DNA of 63,148 nt, counting the filler, from Octopus bimaculoides (lineage: Eukaryota): NCBI RefSeq assembly GCF_001194135.2. It is 5 parts of 5 records of this genome, joined end to end, with 100 filler letters (N's around TTAATTAATTAA, not from the genome) between each part and the next. Parts side by side here need not be neighbours in the genome. Positions count along the whole stretch, not along the records: positions 1 to 15,551 come from NC_068981.1; positions 15,652 to 43,159 come from NC_068998.1; 3 more parts are not named here. The stretch is one strand, 5' to 3'. Of this stretch, positions 11,871 through 24,496 are shown one piece after another. The stretch's first letter is position 1; each line of letters begins with the position of its first letter. A program made the position numbers and the translations under genes. The notes beneath the pieces were generated by a model. It was not told where the DNA came from. It was given only the letters and a program-made list of their open reading frames with translations, and did not search any database.

Positions 11871-12182
11871 AATAACAAACAAGATGAGGACAAATATCCG
11901 TCAAATGTAAATAATATACATAATTCCTCATCTCTTAAATATAGAACTGTATTGTCAAAGTCCACAGTTCAAATTCATTTGACTAAAAGTCCTTCCACAA
12001 TTAACAGGTTTTTTTGTAAAAATTATTTTACAAAGATGCATCGGCCTTACAATCATTAAGTAATGAGTTTGATTCCTAGACCAGGCTGTCTGTTGTGTTC
12101 CTAAGCAAAGCACTTTCATTTCAAGTTGCTCCAGTTCACTCATCTGAAAAAATGAGTTGCAACGTCACTGGTGCTGTATCAG

Positions 12183-12283
12183 CCTTGGCCTTTCTCTTGG
12201 ATAACATTATTGAACTTGAATGTAACTTCAATAATGTTCTGCTCAAGCTGAATGCCTATTTTCCTCGTATGCCTGCCAATAAT
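12183..12283 (+). CDS. Probable next exon of TINF2_N-domain gene; 5' boundary uncertain
   Basis: ...IIELECNFNNVLLKLNAYFPRMPANN|gtaagt resembles TIN2 [23 protein letters not shown]. Phase-0 donor at 12284 is followed by a 120-nt intron ending in tag. The nearest AG (12181-12182) is phase 1 and lies in SINE sequence. Confidence 0.5.
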
Positions 12284-12403
12284 GTAAGTCTGTTTCTGTT
12301 TCTTTTTTTTCTCCAATCTACCTATTCCATCAACCATTTTAACCATTTATAGTTATTAAATTGTTTGTTTTTTTTTGGGGATATATTAATTGTTGACATT
12401 TAG

Positions 12404-12418
12404 GGCAAAGACATGGAT
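12404..12418 (+). CDS. Start of a further exon running into an N gap
   Basis: ttgttgacatttag|GGC AAA GAC ATG GAT (GKDMD), phase 0, compatible with donor 12284. The rest is hidden in gap 12419-12763. Confidence 0.4.
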
Positions 12419-14545
12419 NNNNNNNNNNNNNNNNNNNNNNNNNNNNNNNNNNNNNNNNNNNNNNNNNNNNNNNNNNNNNNNNNNNNNNNNNNNNNNNNNN
12501 NNNNNNNNNNNNNNNNNNNNNNNNNNNNNNNNNNNNNNNNNNNNNNNNNNNNNNNNNNNNNNNNNNNNNNNNNNNNNNNNNNNNNNNNNNNNNNNNNNNN
12601 NNNNNNNNNNNNNNNNNNNNNNNNNNNNNNNNNNNNNNNNNNNNNNNNNNNNNNNNNNNNNNNNNNNNNNNNNNNNNNNNNNNNNNNNNNNNNNNNNNNN
12701 NNNNNNNNNNNNNNNNNNNNNNNNNNNNNNNNNNNNNNNNNNNNNNNNNNNNNNNNNNNNNNNATGGAACCCTCGACATCGTAAGCGACGGAGTGCCAAC
12801 AACAAACAAGTACACAGATTTCAGTAACCTAAAAGAAAATAGAAATTGTTTAAGTAATTTGCTTAGTGTTAACACAAATATATATTTAAACATGTGTGTA
12901 TACATGTTGTACTCTTTCTTTCACCTTTTGAGAAAATCATTAGGAGCATCTATAAACAACCTTGGAGGGTCACTTTCTAGTTGCAATCCTATGGTCATTC
13001 ATGACTGAAGAGGGGTCTTTACCCTTTTACCCTTTACCTGCATGGTAAGTGTTTTGATTTGAGATCATGTGCTGAAACTAAAGCAATTGCAGCACGGAAG
13101 GCACAAGTTACCCATTCAGAAACATGCAAAGACCATTAACTTCACTTAAACATTTACTGTTTGTAATATGGTTCAGAAAATTTTGTTGCTTGAAACTGTG
13201 ACCTGATGCTGACAAATGTGTGCTGCATCACATGTTTGTCAGTGACCAGGTCTCAGAAGTTTTTTAAGTATTATGATTATCAGTCCATTTTTCTCTATGC
13301 TGGCGAATTGGAGGAGTCATTAGAGCATTGGACAGAATGCTTAACAGCATTTATTCCCTCTCTAAGTTCAAAACCCACCAAGGTTAACTTTGCCTTTATG
13401 GATTACTGAAACTGTAAGGACATTGGACCAGATGCCTCACAATATTTGTTTCAGCTGTTTACATTCTGGCTGATAGACTTAACTTGTTGCTTAGTTCTAC
13501 ACCAGCACTTGGCACGTCAGGTGCATTTAGCAAAGTCCACTCTATTGCTATCCAGGCTAGCTTTCCAATTTGAGGATACCTTCCTGCTTCCCCACCACCA
13601 GTCTTGGAGGCTTTGCAATCGGTCATGGGTGCTGCCATTCCTCTCAACTAAAAGCTAAAACAATGTGTCTGTAATACATTTGTCTTCTTATGCTTTCCAG
13701 TCCTGAAAGCTGTTGATAACAGCCCATCTCTCTACCAGTAACCACTACTTTCTGTACTATTAACCATCTCTTTCTCTCTCTCAAATTACTCCGCATTGAC
13801 TCTTTTTTTACTTGTGACCATCTCTATTTGCCCTCTTACCTACAAGCATATAACTATCATCCCTGCTTCTCTCATGTTACATAAAACACTTCATTTCTCA
13901 CATCATACACCTGCTTCTTTCGCATCTTCACCCAAGTTCATCTTTGTTAAACTGAAAGTGATAATGTTTAAAAAATACCTGTCATATTGCTAAAAGAGTC
14001 TTAGCCACATAAATTTCAGTTAATAATTGTGATATTCATAGATTGGAAATCATGAGATTCAGCTTACTTACAATGATATAAGACATACATACTAATAATC
14101 ATCATCATCATCGTTTAACGTCTGCTTTCCATGCTAGCATGGGTTGGACGATTTGACTGAGGACTGGTGAAACCGGATGGCAACACCAGGCTCCAATCTG
14201 ATTTGGCAGAGTTTCTACAGCTGGATGCCCTTCCTAACGCCAACCACTCCGAGAGTGTAGTGGGTGCTTTTACGTGTCACCCGCACGAAGGCCAGTCAGG
14301 CGGTACAATACATACTAATAATAATTTACATAAAACATGTATGCATGCCTATATACATGACAGGCAACTACATGCATAGAACATAGAATTTTCACGTGCA
14401 CTAACTCCAAATACTGCACAAAAACCCTGTTGATGTTGAAATTCCAATGAAGGAGCCTTGGATCTAGGTTAGAAAACCAGCTCTTTCTCTACTGGCTAGA
14501 AATCTTGAAATAAAACTAAATAATAACATAAATACAGATATGCAT

Positions 14546-14597
<52 letters not shown>

Positions 14598-14845
14598 GTG
14601 TGGTGCAGTCTTCTGTCTGGCCTGCTCCTGTCAAACCACCCAACATTGAAGGTGGACGTTAAATGGTGATGGTGATGATGTATGTACAAACAATTCCATT
14701 TTGTACAATCTGACTACCACATACATACAATATATTCCAAAAGTGAAAATGGACCAGCACATTACATTGTGTGATTTTAACTTTATGGCCCTGGGCCAAC
14801 CAGAGCCTTGTTTGTAAGTGTATTTGATATGAAAGGAGAAGCCTG

Positions 14846-14888
<43 letters not shown>

Positions 14889-15551
14889 TGCATTTGTACT
14901 TATGTAAAAATCAGAAGTGACATTGTTGTCATTTCTCAAGCCAACAAATCATCTGCTAGCTTTGTGCTTTCAAAGACGTGTGTAATAAGATATCCTTTAT
15001 TTGATAATCAAGTCAGGGTTAGCAGTAGGAAGGGCATCCATCTGTAAAACAAGAACCAACAATGTATTTGTCTAATCTGTGCAAGTATGGGAAACACGTA
15101 AAACCGAACGTAATAGTAGTCTCCCCTTACTACTTCTACTGTCCACTTCGTGTATCACTCCTCGTTGAAATTAGTAGAATTTTAAGCTATTCTAACTTCT
15201 TTAATTTAACAAACAATTATCACTGAGGTTAATTATTCATAGATACTGCCTTTATGAAAAATGATTATTAAGATAGCATTAACATAATGCAATGTATATA
15301 TATATATATTTAATTCTCTATATTGAATACTCAATATTTCATATATTCAATAAGACATTCAATACTTCATTTCATTTTACCATTTATTTTATTTTATATT
15401 ATATTATATATTATATATTCCATATTCGATATCCCACATTAATTTTACAAGAATATAAATAAAACATAAAAAAACAGACAGAGTTGGAACTCTTTTAAAT
15501 AAAATAATATATTCCTCTATACACGATCATACAAAACCCTTTTTTTGGTAT

Positions 15552-15651
15552 NNNNNNNNNNNNNNNNNNNNNNNNNNNNNNNNNNNNNNNNNNNNTTAAT
15601 TAATTAANNNNNNNNNNNNNNNNNNNNNNNNNNNNNNNNNNNNNNNNNNNN
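15552..15651. other. Artificial 100-bp join spacer
   Basis: N44 + TTAATTAATTAA (15596-15607, stops in all six frames) + N44. Confidence 0.95.
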
Positions 15652-15687
<36 letters not shown>

Positions 15688-15764
15688 GTATGTATGTATG
15701 TTTGTTTGTATGTATGTATGTATGTATAATAATAAGAAGAAGAAGAAGAATCCATGGATGGAAT

Positions 15765-16480
15765 TTATAAATATTTTAATGCATCACTACGCGTGTTTTC
15801 ACAAATCACATGTTTCTTAAGATCATAGTCCATATTCCCGGGATGTCTATAGTACAGTCTGTAGCATCCATGTACATAGGGTAGATCATATTCATTCGCT
15901 AATTTCTTTGAGTGATATTGCATTAACTTTGGCAGCAGTGGATGTATAATTGAGGGTTGATTATGAATTTCGAACAATGAAAATGTTGATTGGCGTATGT
16001 GGGTAGCTCTGTGTGTATTTGGTGGGGAGGGGTAGAAGGTGATGTAAAGATAGAAAGGAATGGTAGTTATAAAGGAGCGGGAGATGTGCGTGGTGATGTT
16101 AGGCTTATTTTGATATACGAGTTTGCAGATGTCAGGATGGGTAGTATAGTTCGTTGGCTGACCTTAGTCATCGCAGGCACCCCCCTCAATGAATTCAAAT
16201 GTATTAGTGTCAAATGTTGGGACATGCCAGCAGATATTTCTTAAACCATTCAGCATATAGTCATAGTCAGTGAGATATCTTGCAACAAGCCTTGTTCGGT
16301 GTACAGATTTTGGTAAGTGAAACAATGACAAAACACCGATGTCTGTCGCTCCGAAAGAAAAATAGAGACTTGATGTGAATTGTATCGGTTGTCTATGGTT
16401 TGTTTTACACCAGCCGCATTGAGAACATATTCTCTTACTCTTAAAAAAGTCGCAGCCACCCGACGAACTAACAACACACA
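15765..16480 (-). mobile_element. Highly degenerate Penelope-like element remnant
   Basis: Frameshifted peptides IHPLLPKL and MDATDCTIDIP (cf. MDVTSLYTNIP, RT motif A). A weaker GIY-YIG-like stretch reads YVLNAAGVKQTIDNRYNSH. A hammerhead lies just upstream on the same strand. Confidence 0.45.
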
Positions 16481-16743
16481 TGCCTTGTGTATATGTGTTC
16501 GATTTTGTTTATATACCTCGAGCTGCTTCTAGTTCATATTTGAATCTATCTATCTATCTTTCTAACTATCTATTTATCTATATATATATATATTCGTTTA
16601 TATTTATATAAAGGGCATTATTACAGAAAATAATAGAAAATAATAACGCCACACAGTGGACTTCTCAAAATAACCACATTTAGTACCTAATGCGAGGAAA
16701 AACAACCAACAGAAGACGACCAACATTCTTTTAAATAAACTTA

Positions 16744-16805
16744 ACTGTGTATCGGCCGATTTCGCGATTACTAGAATGAATCTAGATTTCGTTCATCAGC
16801 ACAGT
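16744..16805 (-). ncRNA. Type I hammerhead ribozyme motif, one mismatch from canonical
   Basis: Minus strand ACTGTG-CTGATGA-ACGA-aat-CTAGA-ttcat-TCTAG-taa-TCGC-GAAA-TCGG-CCGA-TA-CACAGT: 6-bp stem I, full core, palindromic stem III, AUA site; A.C mismatch at 10.1:11.1. Confidence 0.8.
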
Positions 16806-17568
16806 ATTTTCCCAAAAATATATATAAATAAACAGAATTCTCACCTCACCAAAAACGAACACCCTACGTATCCGACAGAGTAAAGGGAATGAAGTTTATC
16901 TGTATATATCTTCATCAAAGAAGCGGGAATACTTCCGGATTGCTTCTGGGTACCCATGTGGGGACAGGNNNNNNNNNNNNNNNNNNNNNNNNNNNNNNNN
17001 NNNNNNNNNNNNNNNNNNNNNNNNNNNNNNNNNNNNNNNNNNNNNNNNNNNNNNNNNNNNNNNNNNNNNNNNNNNNNNNNNNNNNNNNNNNNNNNNNNNN
17101 NNNNNNNNNNNNNNNNNNNNNNNNNNNNNNNNNNNNNNNNNNNNNNNNNNNNNNNNNNNNNNNNNNNNNNNNNNNNNNNNNNNNNNNNNNNNNNNNNNNN
17201 NNNNNNNNNNNNNNNNNNNNNNNNNNNNNNNNNNNNNNNNNNNNNNNNNNNNNNNNNNNNNNNNNNNNNNNNNNNNNNNNNNNNNNNNNNNNNNNNNNNN
17301 NNNNNNNNNNNNNNNNNNNNNNNNNNNNNNNNNNNNNNNNNNNNNNNNNNNNNNNNNNNNNNNNNNNNNNNNNNNNNNNNNNNNNNNNNNNNNNNNNNNN
17401 NNNNNNNNNNNNNNNNNNNNNNNNNNNNNNNNNNNNNNNNNNNNNNNNNNNNNNNNNNNNNNNNNNNNNNNNNNNNNNNNNNNNNNNNNNNNNNNNNNNN
17501 NNNNNNNNNNNNNNNNNNNNNNNNNNNNNNNNNNNNNNNNNNNNNNNNNNNNNNNNNNNNNNNNNNNN

Positions 17569-17599
<31 letters not shown>

Positions 17600-18239
17600 G
17601 TATGTATATACACACACGCACATTTGTGTATAAGTATATACATACATACAATACATACACACACAGAGTCAGACATATGTTAGACCAACATATTGTTGGT
17701 AAGGCGAGGAAACAAAATCATGCAGACACAGAACACACACGTAACCAGCAGCCTACCTTCTACTGCCAACACTTCTCTTGTTTTTTGGAGGTTTTTTGAA
17801 AAGTTATTCACATTTCCATACTGCTATCGACGATTCCTTCCCTAAGACAAGCGGACAATACATTGAAGAATGCAAACTTTTCGCAATATCAATTGAATCA
17901 AACTAAAAGACCGACCTACAGTCTGAAAGATGCATTCATGAATGTCATTCATAACGCCAATATATGATATAAGCCTCTGATAGAATTGAACTATCCGGCT
18001 ATTTTCCTATTTATTTTTGTTTTCTTTCACATCTGTTTCCTTTCATAACACAAACAATTGAATCTAGAATCTAGAATCTAGAATCCGCCTTCAATGTTCT
18101 TCGCAACAAAACCAGTTAATTTTATTGTTTAATGTTTATATTTATTTTATTTTCATTCAGCCAATCGTTATTTTCTAAGATAAATGGTTGATCAAATCTA
18201 ACATTCTTTCATTTTTGTTTTTGCCATTCTTTCTTGCAG

Positions 18240-18386
18240 GAATTATATAGTCAGCAATACAACCGTGTGGGCGTGTTTTTTGCATCGGTGTCTAATTTCT
18301 CTGAATTCTATATGGAACTCGATGCCAACAACCAAGGAGTAGAATGCCTACGCGTTTTGAACGAAATCATTTTCGACTTTGATGAG
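18240..18386 (+). CDS. ADCY1: Transmembrane adenylyl cyclase, C2a exon 1 of 5 visible
   Basis: cag|...|gtaata; [49 protein letters not shown] (49 aa, phase 0-0), canonical start of C2a. Family is certain; the rutabaga/AC1 subtype is probable only. Confidence 0.96.
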
Positions 18387-19588
18387 GTAATAATAAAGCT
18401 TTCTTTGGGTTGACGCCTTGCTAAGTTATCTAAGCTTCATTTAAAGAATATTCTTTTGGAAGGTTTTAAGTGATATTGTTGCCAAGAGCGGAACACAACT
18501 GAATCTAAAGAAATAGTTTCAGTTACGTGACATAATTAATACGAAATAATATTTTCTTTTGATTATGCGTAAAGCTATGTTGGTATTAGAGAACGGATTG
18601 TAGCCAATTGAAATGACACCAATAATTTAACTCTAGTTATTTTAGATATCGCTGCGGGCTAAATTTACACATTGCGGTTTTTTGTCTGTGAAATCCAATC
18701 TTGCAATTGTCTCTTTCATCGCACAATCAACAAAGGAAGACAAGGAAATTTTGCTACTGTAACGGTCATTATTTTATTTTTGCTTGTTATTTATATGTAT
18801 TTCCATACATATAGATCTGCACAAACATTTATGCAGGCATGTGTAAATGTATGTATATGTGTATGTATATAGAGAGAAATATTGATATAGATACACCTCG
18901 TGGTCGACCAGCCTATTGAATGTTGTTACACATCGCTGGTAACAATGCACTTTGCATCGTTTTAGGGTTCGGATGTGCCACCTCGCTGGCCTGATGAGCA
19001 GGCCAACATTCACTTGATCGAAGGTAAATCCTTCGCAGAGTCACGCATTTACTGCTGCGCAGACTGCAGCAACGTGAAATGAAGTATTTTGCTCAAGTAC
19101 ACAATGCGCTGCTCATCCAGAAATCGAACCTGCAATCGTCGATCGTGAGTGCAACGTCCTAACCATGGGGCCATGCGTCTTCACAAATATAGATACATAG
19201 ATATACTTTACTGAGTTTCGGTTATTGATATTATAGTTTATCGCTCTCTCCCTCTCGTATGATAAGAACTCCGCATCCCATCCACAGGGTTCCAGAGTCA
19301 GTCTCACAGCGTGGACCCTTGGTCAGATGTCCTAGTATAGCGCTGGGCCGACCAAATCCTTCTGGGTAGACTTGATAGGTGGAAACTGAAAGAATCCGGT
19401 CATCAGTGTATGTGTGTGTGTGTGCGTGTGTGACAAGAGTTGTTGGTTTGTTTACGCTCTAACAGTTTCTTAAACCGGAACTTAGCGGTTTGGCAAAAGA
19501 GAGCGGTATAACAAGAAGCCAGCTTCAAAACACTAAGACAATGGCCGAACTGCAATGACTGAAAGAAGTAAAATATATATATATATAT

Positions 19589-19742
19589 GTATGTATATAT
19601 GATAGATACATAGATAGATAGATTATATACATATATATTTTGACCAGATAAGAGAATTGACGAAACAGATGTTTATTCAATTAGTTAACAGCTGTTCTTT
19701 TTAATCCGTTTTTGGTTACATCAACGAGGCTACACCATCTGC

Positions 19743-19781
<39 letters not shown>

Positions 19782-19927
19782 ATATGATAGATACATAGAT
19801 AGATAGATTATATACATATATATTTTGACCAGATAAGAGAATTGACGAAACAGATGTTTATTCAATTAGTTAACAGCTGTTCTTTTTAATCCGTTTTTGG
19901 TTACATCAACGAGGCTACACCATCTGC

Positions 19928-19931
<4 letters not shown>
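19589..19931. repeat. Exact tandem duplication of 158 bp separated by (TA)n
   Basis: 19589-19746 and 19774-19931 are identical by eye. Confidence 0.9.
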
Positions 19932-19959
<28 letters not shown>

Positions 19960-21067
19960 GCCGCGCCCCAGGCGGAGAGCTTATTGTGAGTTCTGTTTCA
20001 TTCTTCAAAACCCCTATACTTGTTGTGTGTGTGTGTGTATGTGTGTGTGTGTGTGTGCGGCGTGCATGCGTGCATGCGTGTCTGTGTGCATGTAGAGATT
20101 GGTAGATATGAAAGCAAAATAAAGAGAAAAAGGAGGCATATATAGAAAGAAATGCTGATACAGACAGAAGGAGCAAGGGAACAAAAGAAAGGTACACAGA
20201 GCAAGAGGGGGGAAACGATGGAGCATGGTAAATTGAAAGGGTAGAAGACAGAAAGGATTGAGGGTAAGAGAGTAAGAATAGTATGTATTGCTCTCTCTTT
20301 TTCTTTCTCTCTCTCTCTCTCTCTTGTCTTATCTTCGAAACGTCAGGTTAGAATAGAGACAGCTGATGAAGGAATATTCCAAGTGGCTTTCCGTTTTCCT
20401 ATGTGTTCGTTCCGTTGTCTGTAGTTTATTGTTCTAACGTCCTGTACCCTGATATCCATATATATACACATGTAGATGTAAGTATGTACATATATGTGTG
20501 TATACATGTATATATATATATATATNNNNNNNNNNNNNNNNNNNNNNNNNNNNNNNNNNNNNNNNNNNNNNNNNNNNNNNNNNNNNNNNNNNNNNNNNNN
20601 NNNNNNNNNNNNNNNNNNNNNNNNNNNNNNNNNNNNNNNNNNNNNNNNNNNNNNNNNNNNNNNNNNNNNNNNNNNNNNNNNNNNNNNNNNNNNNNNNNNN
20701 NNNNNNNNNNNNNNNNNNNNNNNNNNNNNNNNNNNNNNNNNNNNNNNNNNNNNNNNNNNNNNNNNNNNNNNNNNNNNNNNNNNNNNNNNNNNNNNNNNNN
20801 NNNNNNNNNNNNNNNNNNNNNNNNNNNNNNNNNNNNNNNNNNNNNNNNNNNNNNNNNNNNNNNNNNNNNNNNNNNNNNNNNNNNNNNNNNNNNNNNNNNN
20901 NNNNNNNNNNNNNNNNNNNNNNNNNNNNNNNNNNNNNNNNNNNNNNNNNNNNNNNNNNNNNNNNNNNNNNNNNNNNNNNNNNNNNNNNNNNNNNNNNNNN
21001 NNNNNNNNNNNNNNNNNNNNNNNNNNNNNNNNNNNNNNNNNNNNNNNNNNNNNNATGTATATATGCA

Positions 21068-21128
<61 letters not shown>

Positions 21129-22008
21129 ATCCATTCATACACTTATATGCATACACATAATCACTCATGAATTTAAACATCGACTTGGAGAGACTGGAAG
21201 CACGCTTAGATACATCCATACACGCATGCATTCACTAATACATATACACGCACACATACGTACATGCAAAAGGATGAAAGGTCCTTCCCGAGCCATCGGC
21301 TCATAAGACCGGTTTTCCGAAATCTGTAGCGTAAATACTACACTCGTTGGACTGGACCCTGGTCTGTCGCAGAAATATTCATTTTTGCCAGCTGAATGGA
21401 CTGGAGCAACATGAAATGGAAGTATTGTGCTCCAGGAATCGAAACTATAATCTTATGATCATGAGTGCAACACCCTAACCACTAAGCCATGCGACTCCAC
21501 ATGTGCACGCGTACATACAAATAGACCTACACATAGATTCACAAACATATGTATATATTGCCCTCCCATGTATATTTACGTAACCTGCACATACATATTC
21601 ACACATATACACTTATACATACGTACATAACCGCACACATACACACATTCATTAACTTCCATACACTTATACATATATATATTTCCACATATATGTAAAC
21701 TTAGATACATATTGTTCCATTCATACATAAATACATACACGCATACATACATACACAGATACACATACACACATATATATATATACGTATGTATATATGC
21801 ATATGCATATATATATATATGTGTGTGTGTGTGTGTTTGTGTGTGTCAATTTATATACACATCTTCATACACATCCATAAACTTAAATGCGTACTTGTAA
21901 TTAAATACGTCCATACACAAATGTCTAGATACACACGCGCAAATTACACGCAACATACATACACACAGAAAAAGTACATACCCACTCACACACGTACACA
22001 CACGCCCG

Positions 22009-22042
<34 letters not shown>

Positions 22043-23113
22043 TACATGCACGCACACACCAAGATACATAATCTATTCTATAACAGAAGAGATTATGCAA
22101 CACAAGTTGGTTTTTTCTTTTCCTTCTATTTTCTTTCAATGCTGAAACAGAACAGAAATCTGTTAATGTTTCTTAATGTCTTCTAATTAATTCTAGGAAT
22201 CAACTGGAATTTCATAACATTTATTTTATTTTGAATTATTTGCATCTTTAATTCTTTTTTCTTCTTTATGTCTTTACAATAGTAATATCCTTCATTTTCT
22301 ATTCTAAAACTGCTGCGAAAATTCATACGATTATTTTTGCGTTTTCTTTTTTACATTTTTTAGGGTAGGGTGACGTTATGTTTAACTGGAAAACCTTTTA
22401 CAATGTGACAGCTATAATTAATGTGTGTCCAGAACAATTTCTCACTAATCATTAATATTTTCATGGTGTATTTTCATGTAAAGCAAACGCGAAAATTTAG
22501 CTGGCTGTTTAATTGTTCGATGTACACAATAGTTTCACTAACATTTGTGAAGAAGAGAACTACATCGGCTTAAATAGTGGTACTATAATAAAAGATTGCA
22601 AGACCCAGACAATAAATATATATTAATCGGCTAATGCTTTTCTTCCCTTCCTCAAAGTTTGTGACACAAAACCTCTTTATCGTTGCATAGTAAATGTAGA
22701 GCAATGGACAGGCAGAGATACCGTTAATAAATGTATAAATTTATAGACTCGTGTCTCTTATGCCATTGTGTTTCAGACAGAGGAACCTTCCTCTCGTAAC
22801 AGATAAGAGACATTGCGGAAATATATATTTGTAAATTACTGTCTCTATTCTGCGACGTTTCTGATAAGAGCTTCATCGTGGCAAACAGAAGTAACAGAGT
22901 ATGAGATAAACTCCATCACTATGCATATATATATTCCATCGGTCTCTTTCTACTTCCGGTCACTTCAACAATGTAACTACTCACGAGCTATTGGCGATTT
23001 CTTTTCTTTCTTTGGGTTTTCCCCTTTCTCCTTCCGACGAAGAGTTATGCTTGAAACGTCAAAAACATTTATTGGTGCTATTGTTAATTTTATTGTTCGT
23101 TTATTTAAATTGA

Positions 23114-23194
<81 letters not shown>

Positions 23195-23322
23195 CGCGTG
23201 TTTGCACGATTATACATTTGTATAATTTTATTTTAGAACGGTAAAACTCGAAGCTGATGAAGCTATAAATAATACCGTGTAAAATATTGGATTAAAAACA
23301 TTTTGGATAGAAAATATCGAAA

Positions 23323-23394
23323 GTTGCCTGTGGGACTCGAATCCACATTTCTTGAAAGCATGACAGACGTTCTACCATCGGACCAAAGCAAACC
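23323..23394 (-). pseudogene. tRNA-like sequence (pseudogene or SINE head)
   Basis: T-arm GTGGA-TTCGAGT-CCCAC and an A-box-like TGGTCCGATGGTAGAAC; the anticodon arm does not fold. Confidence 0.45.
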
Positions 23395-24389
23395 TTCGGG
23401 TTTCTGTATTCAAGAAAACAACGCATCGTTCAGTCCAGGAATGGAAACTACAATGTTACGAACATGAGCGCAACAGCCTAATCACTAAGCTACTCATATC
23501 CACAATATATATTTTATCTTTTACTTTTTACTTGTTTCATTCATTAGATTGCAGCCATGGTGGAGTACCGCCTTGAAGAATTTTTGTCGAATACATAGAC
23601 CTTAGTATTTCTTTTTTCCAAGCCTAGTACTTATTCTATCGCTATCTTTAACCGAACCTCTAAGTCACGGTGACGTAAACACACCAGCGCTGATCGTCAA
23701 GCCGTAGTGGGGTGGGGCAAATACAAGCACAAAGACACACACACTCACACATATAAATATGTGTATATGTATGTGTATACGTATGTATGTGTATGTATGT
23801 TTGGGTGTATGTGTATATGGAGGGACAGAAAGAGAAGGAGAGAGAGAGAGTTGGAGACTACTATCTGCTCTCTGTGAACATTTTCGAGACAAAGCCTTCA
23901 TCAACGGGATATAAAATACGCATTGTAAAAGAAAGAGGCGACAATAAATACCTGTTTATAGACTTATGTCGCTGATCTCCGTTCATTCTGTTAAGATATT
24001 GTTTAAAGATTTATTCCCACCGCACACAAACATATCTCACTCCTTCCTCGCTTTCTCCTTCAGATACACACACAAACACACATACATGCACGCGAGAACA
24101 CACGTACACACTGATACATGCAGATATACATACAATCATGCCTGTAAATACTAAGAATATAATTAATGCTTACACGTACAAGCACAAACAGACGCATAAG
24201 AATACGCACGCATAACCACATCCGTAAATACACATAGACCGACGCGCAGAGACGCAAACACACACACTCATACGCATACACACACATGCGCACGCATGCA
24301 CAGTTACAAACAGCACATATAAACACACACACTAATATACAAAGCGACGTAAAACATTTCAGAGTCTCCTAAACAAGCATAGAAACACT

Positions 24390-24496
<107 letters not shown>

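Larger units (their letters stand above)
11503..11924. repeat. Foldback: two ~160-bp inverted arms (Penelope-type terminal sequence) around a tRNA-like SINE head and (AAT)n
   Basis: 11503-11667 is the reverse complement of ~11764-11924 with scattered substitutions. Centre ggcatagtggctaagagc...gagtttgattcc at ~11668-11730. Confidence 0.92.

Noticed and set aside
12764-12800. Exon end with donor gacatc|gtaagc after the gap
   Set aside because: Matches the 3' end of the SINE also seen at ~10635-10660.
1-18239. TIN2-like gene nested in a cyclase intron, or a TIN2/cyclase/hemocyanin cluster
   Set aside because: Artificial spacers separate the pieces, so linkage is unsupported.
18985-19030. CTGATGA in ggcctgatgagcaggcc
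   Set aside because: No downstream GAAA...UH; lies in a SINE body.
20336-20380. Circularly permuted hammerhead (CGAAACGTC ... CTGATGA-A-GGAATATTCC)
   Set aside because: Both core halves are present but stem I cannot form and stem II is at most 3 weak pairs; probably fragments of a PLE terminus.
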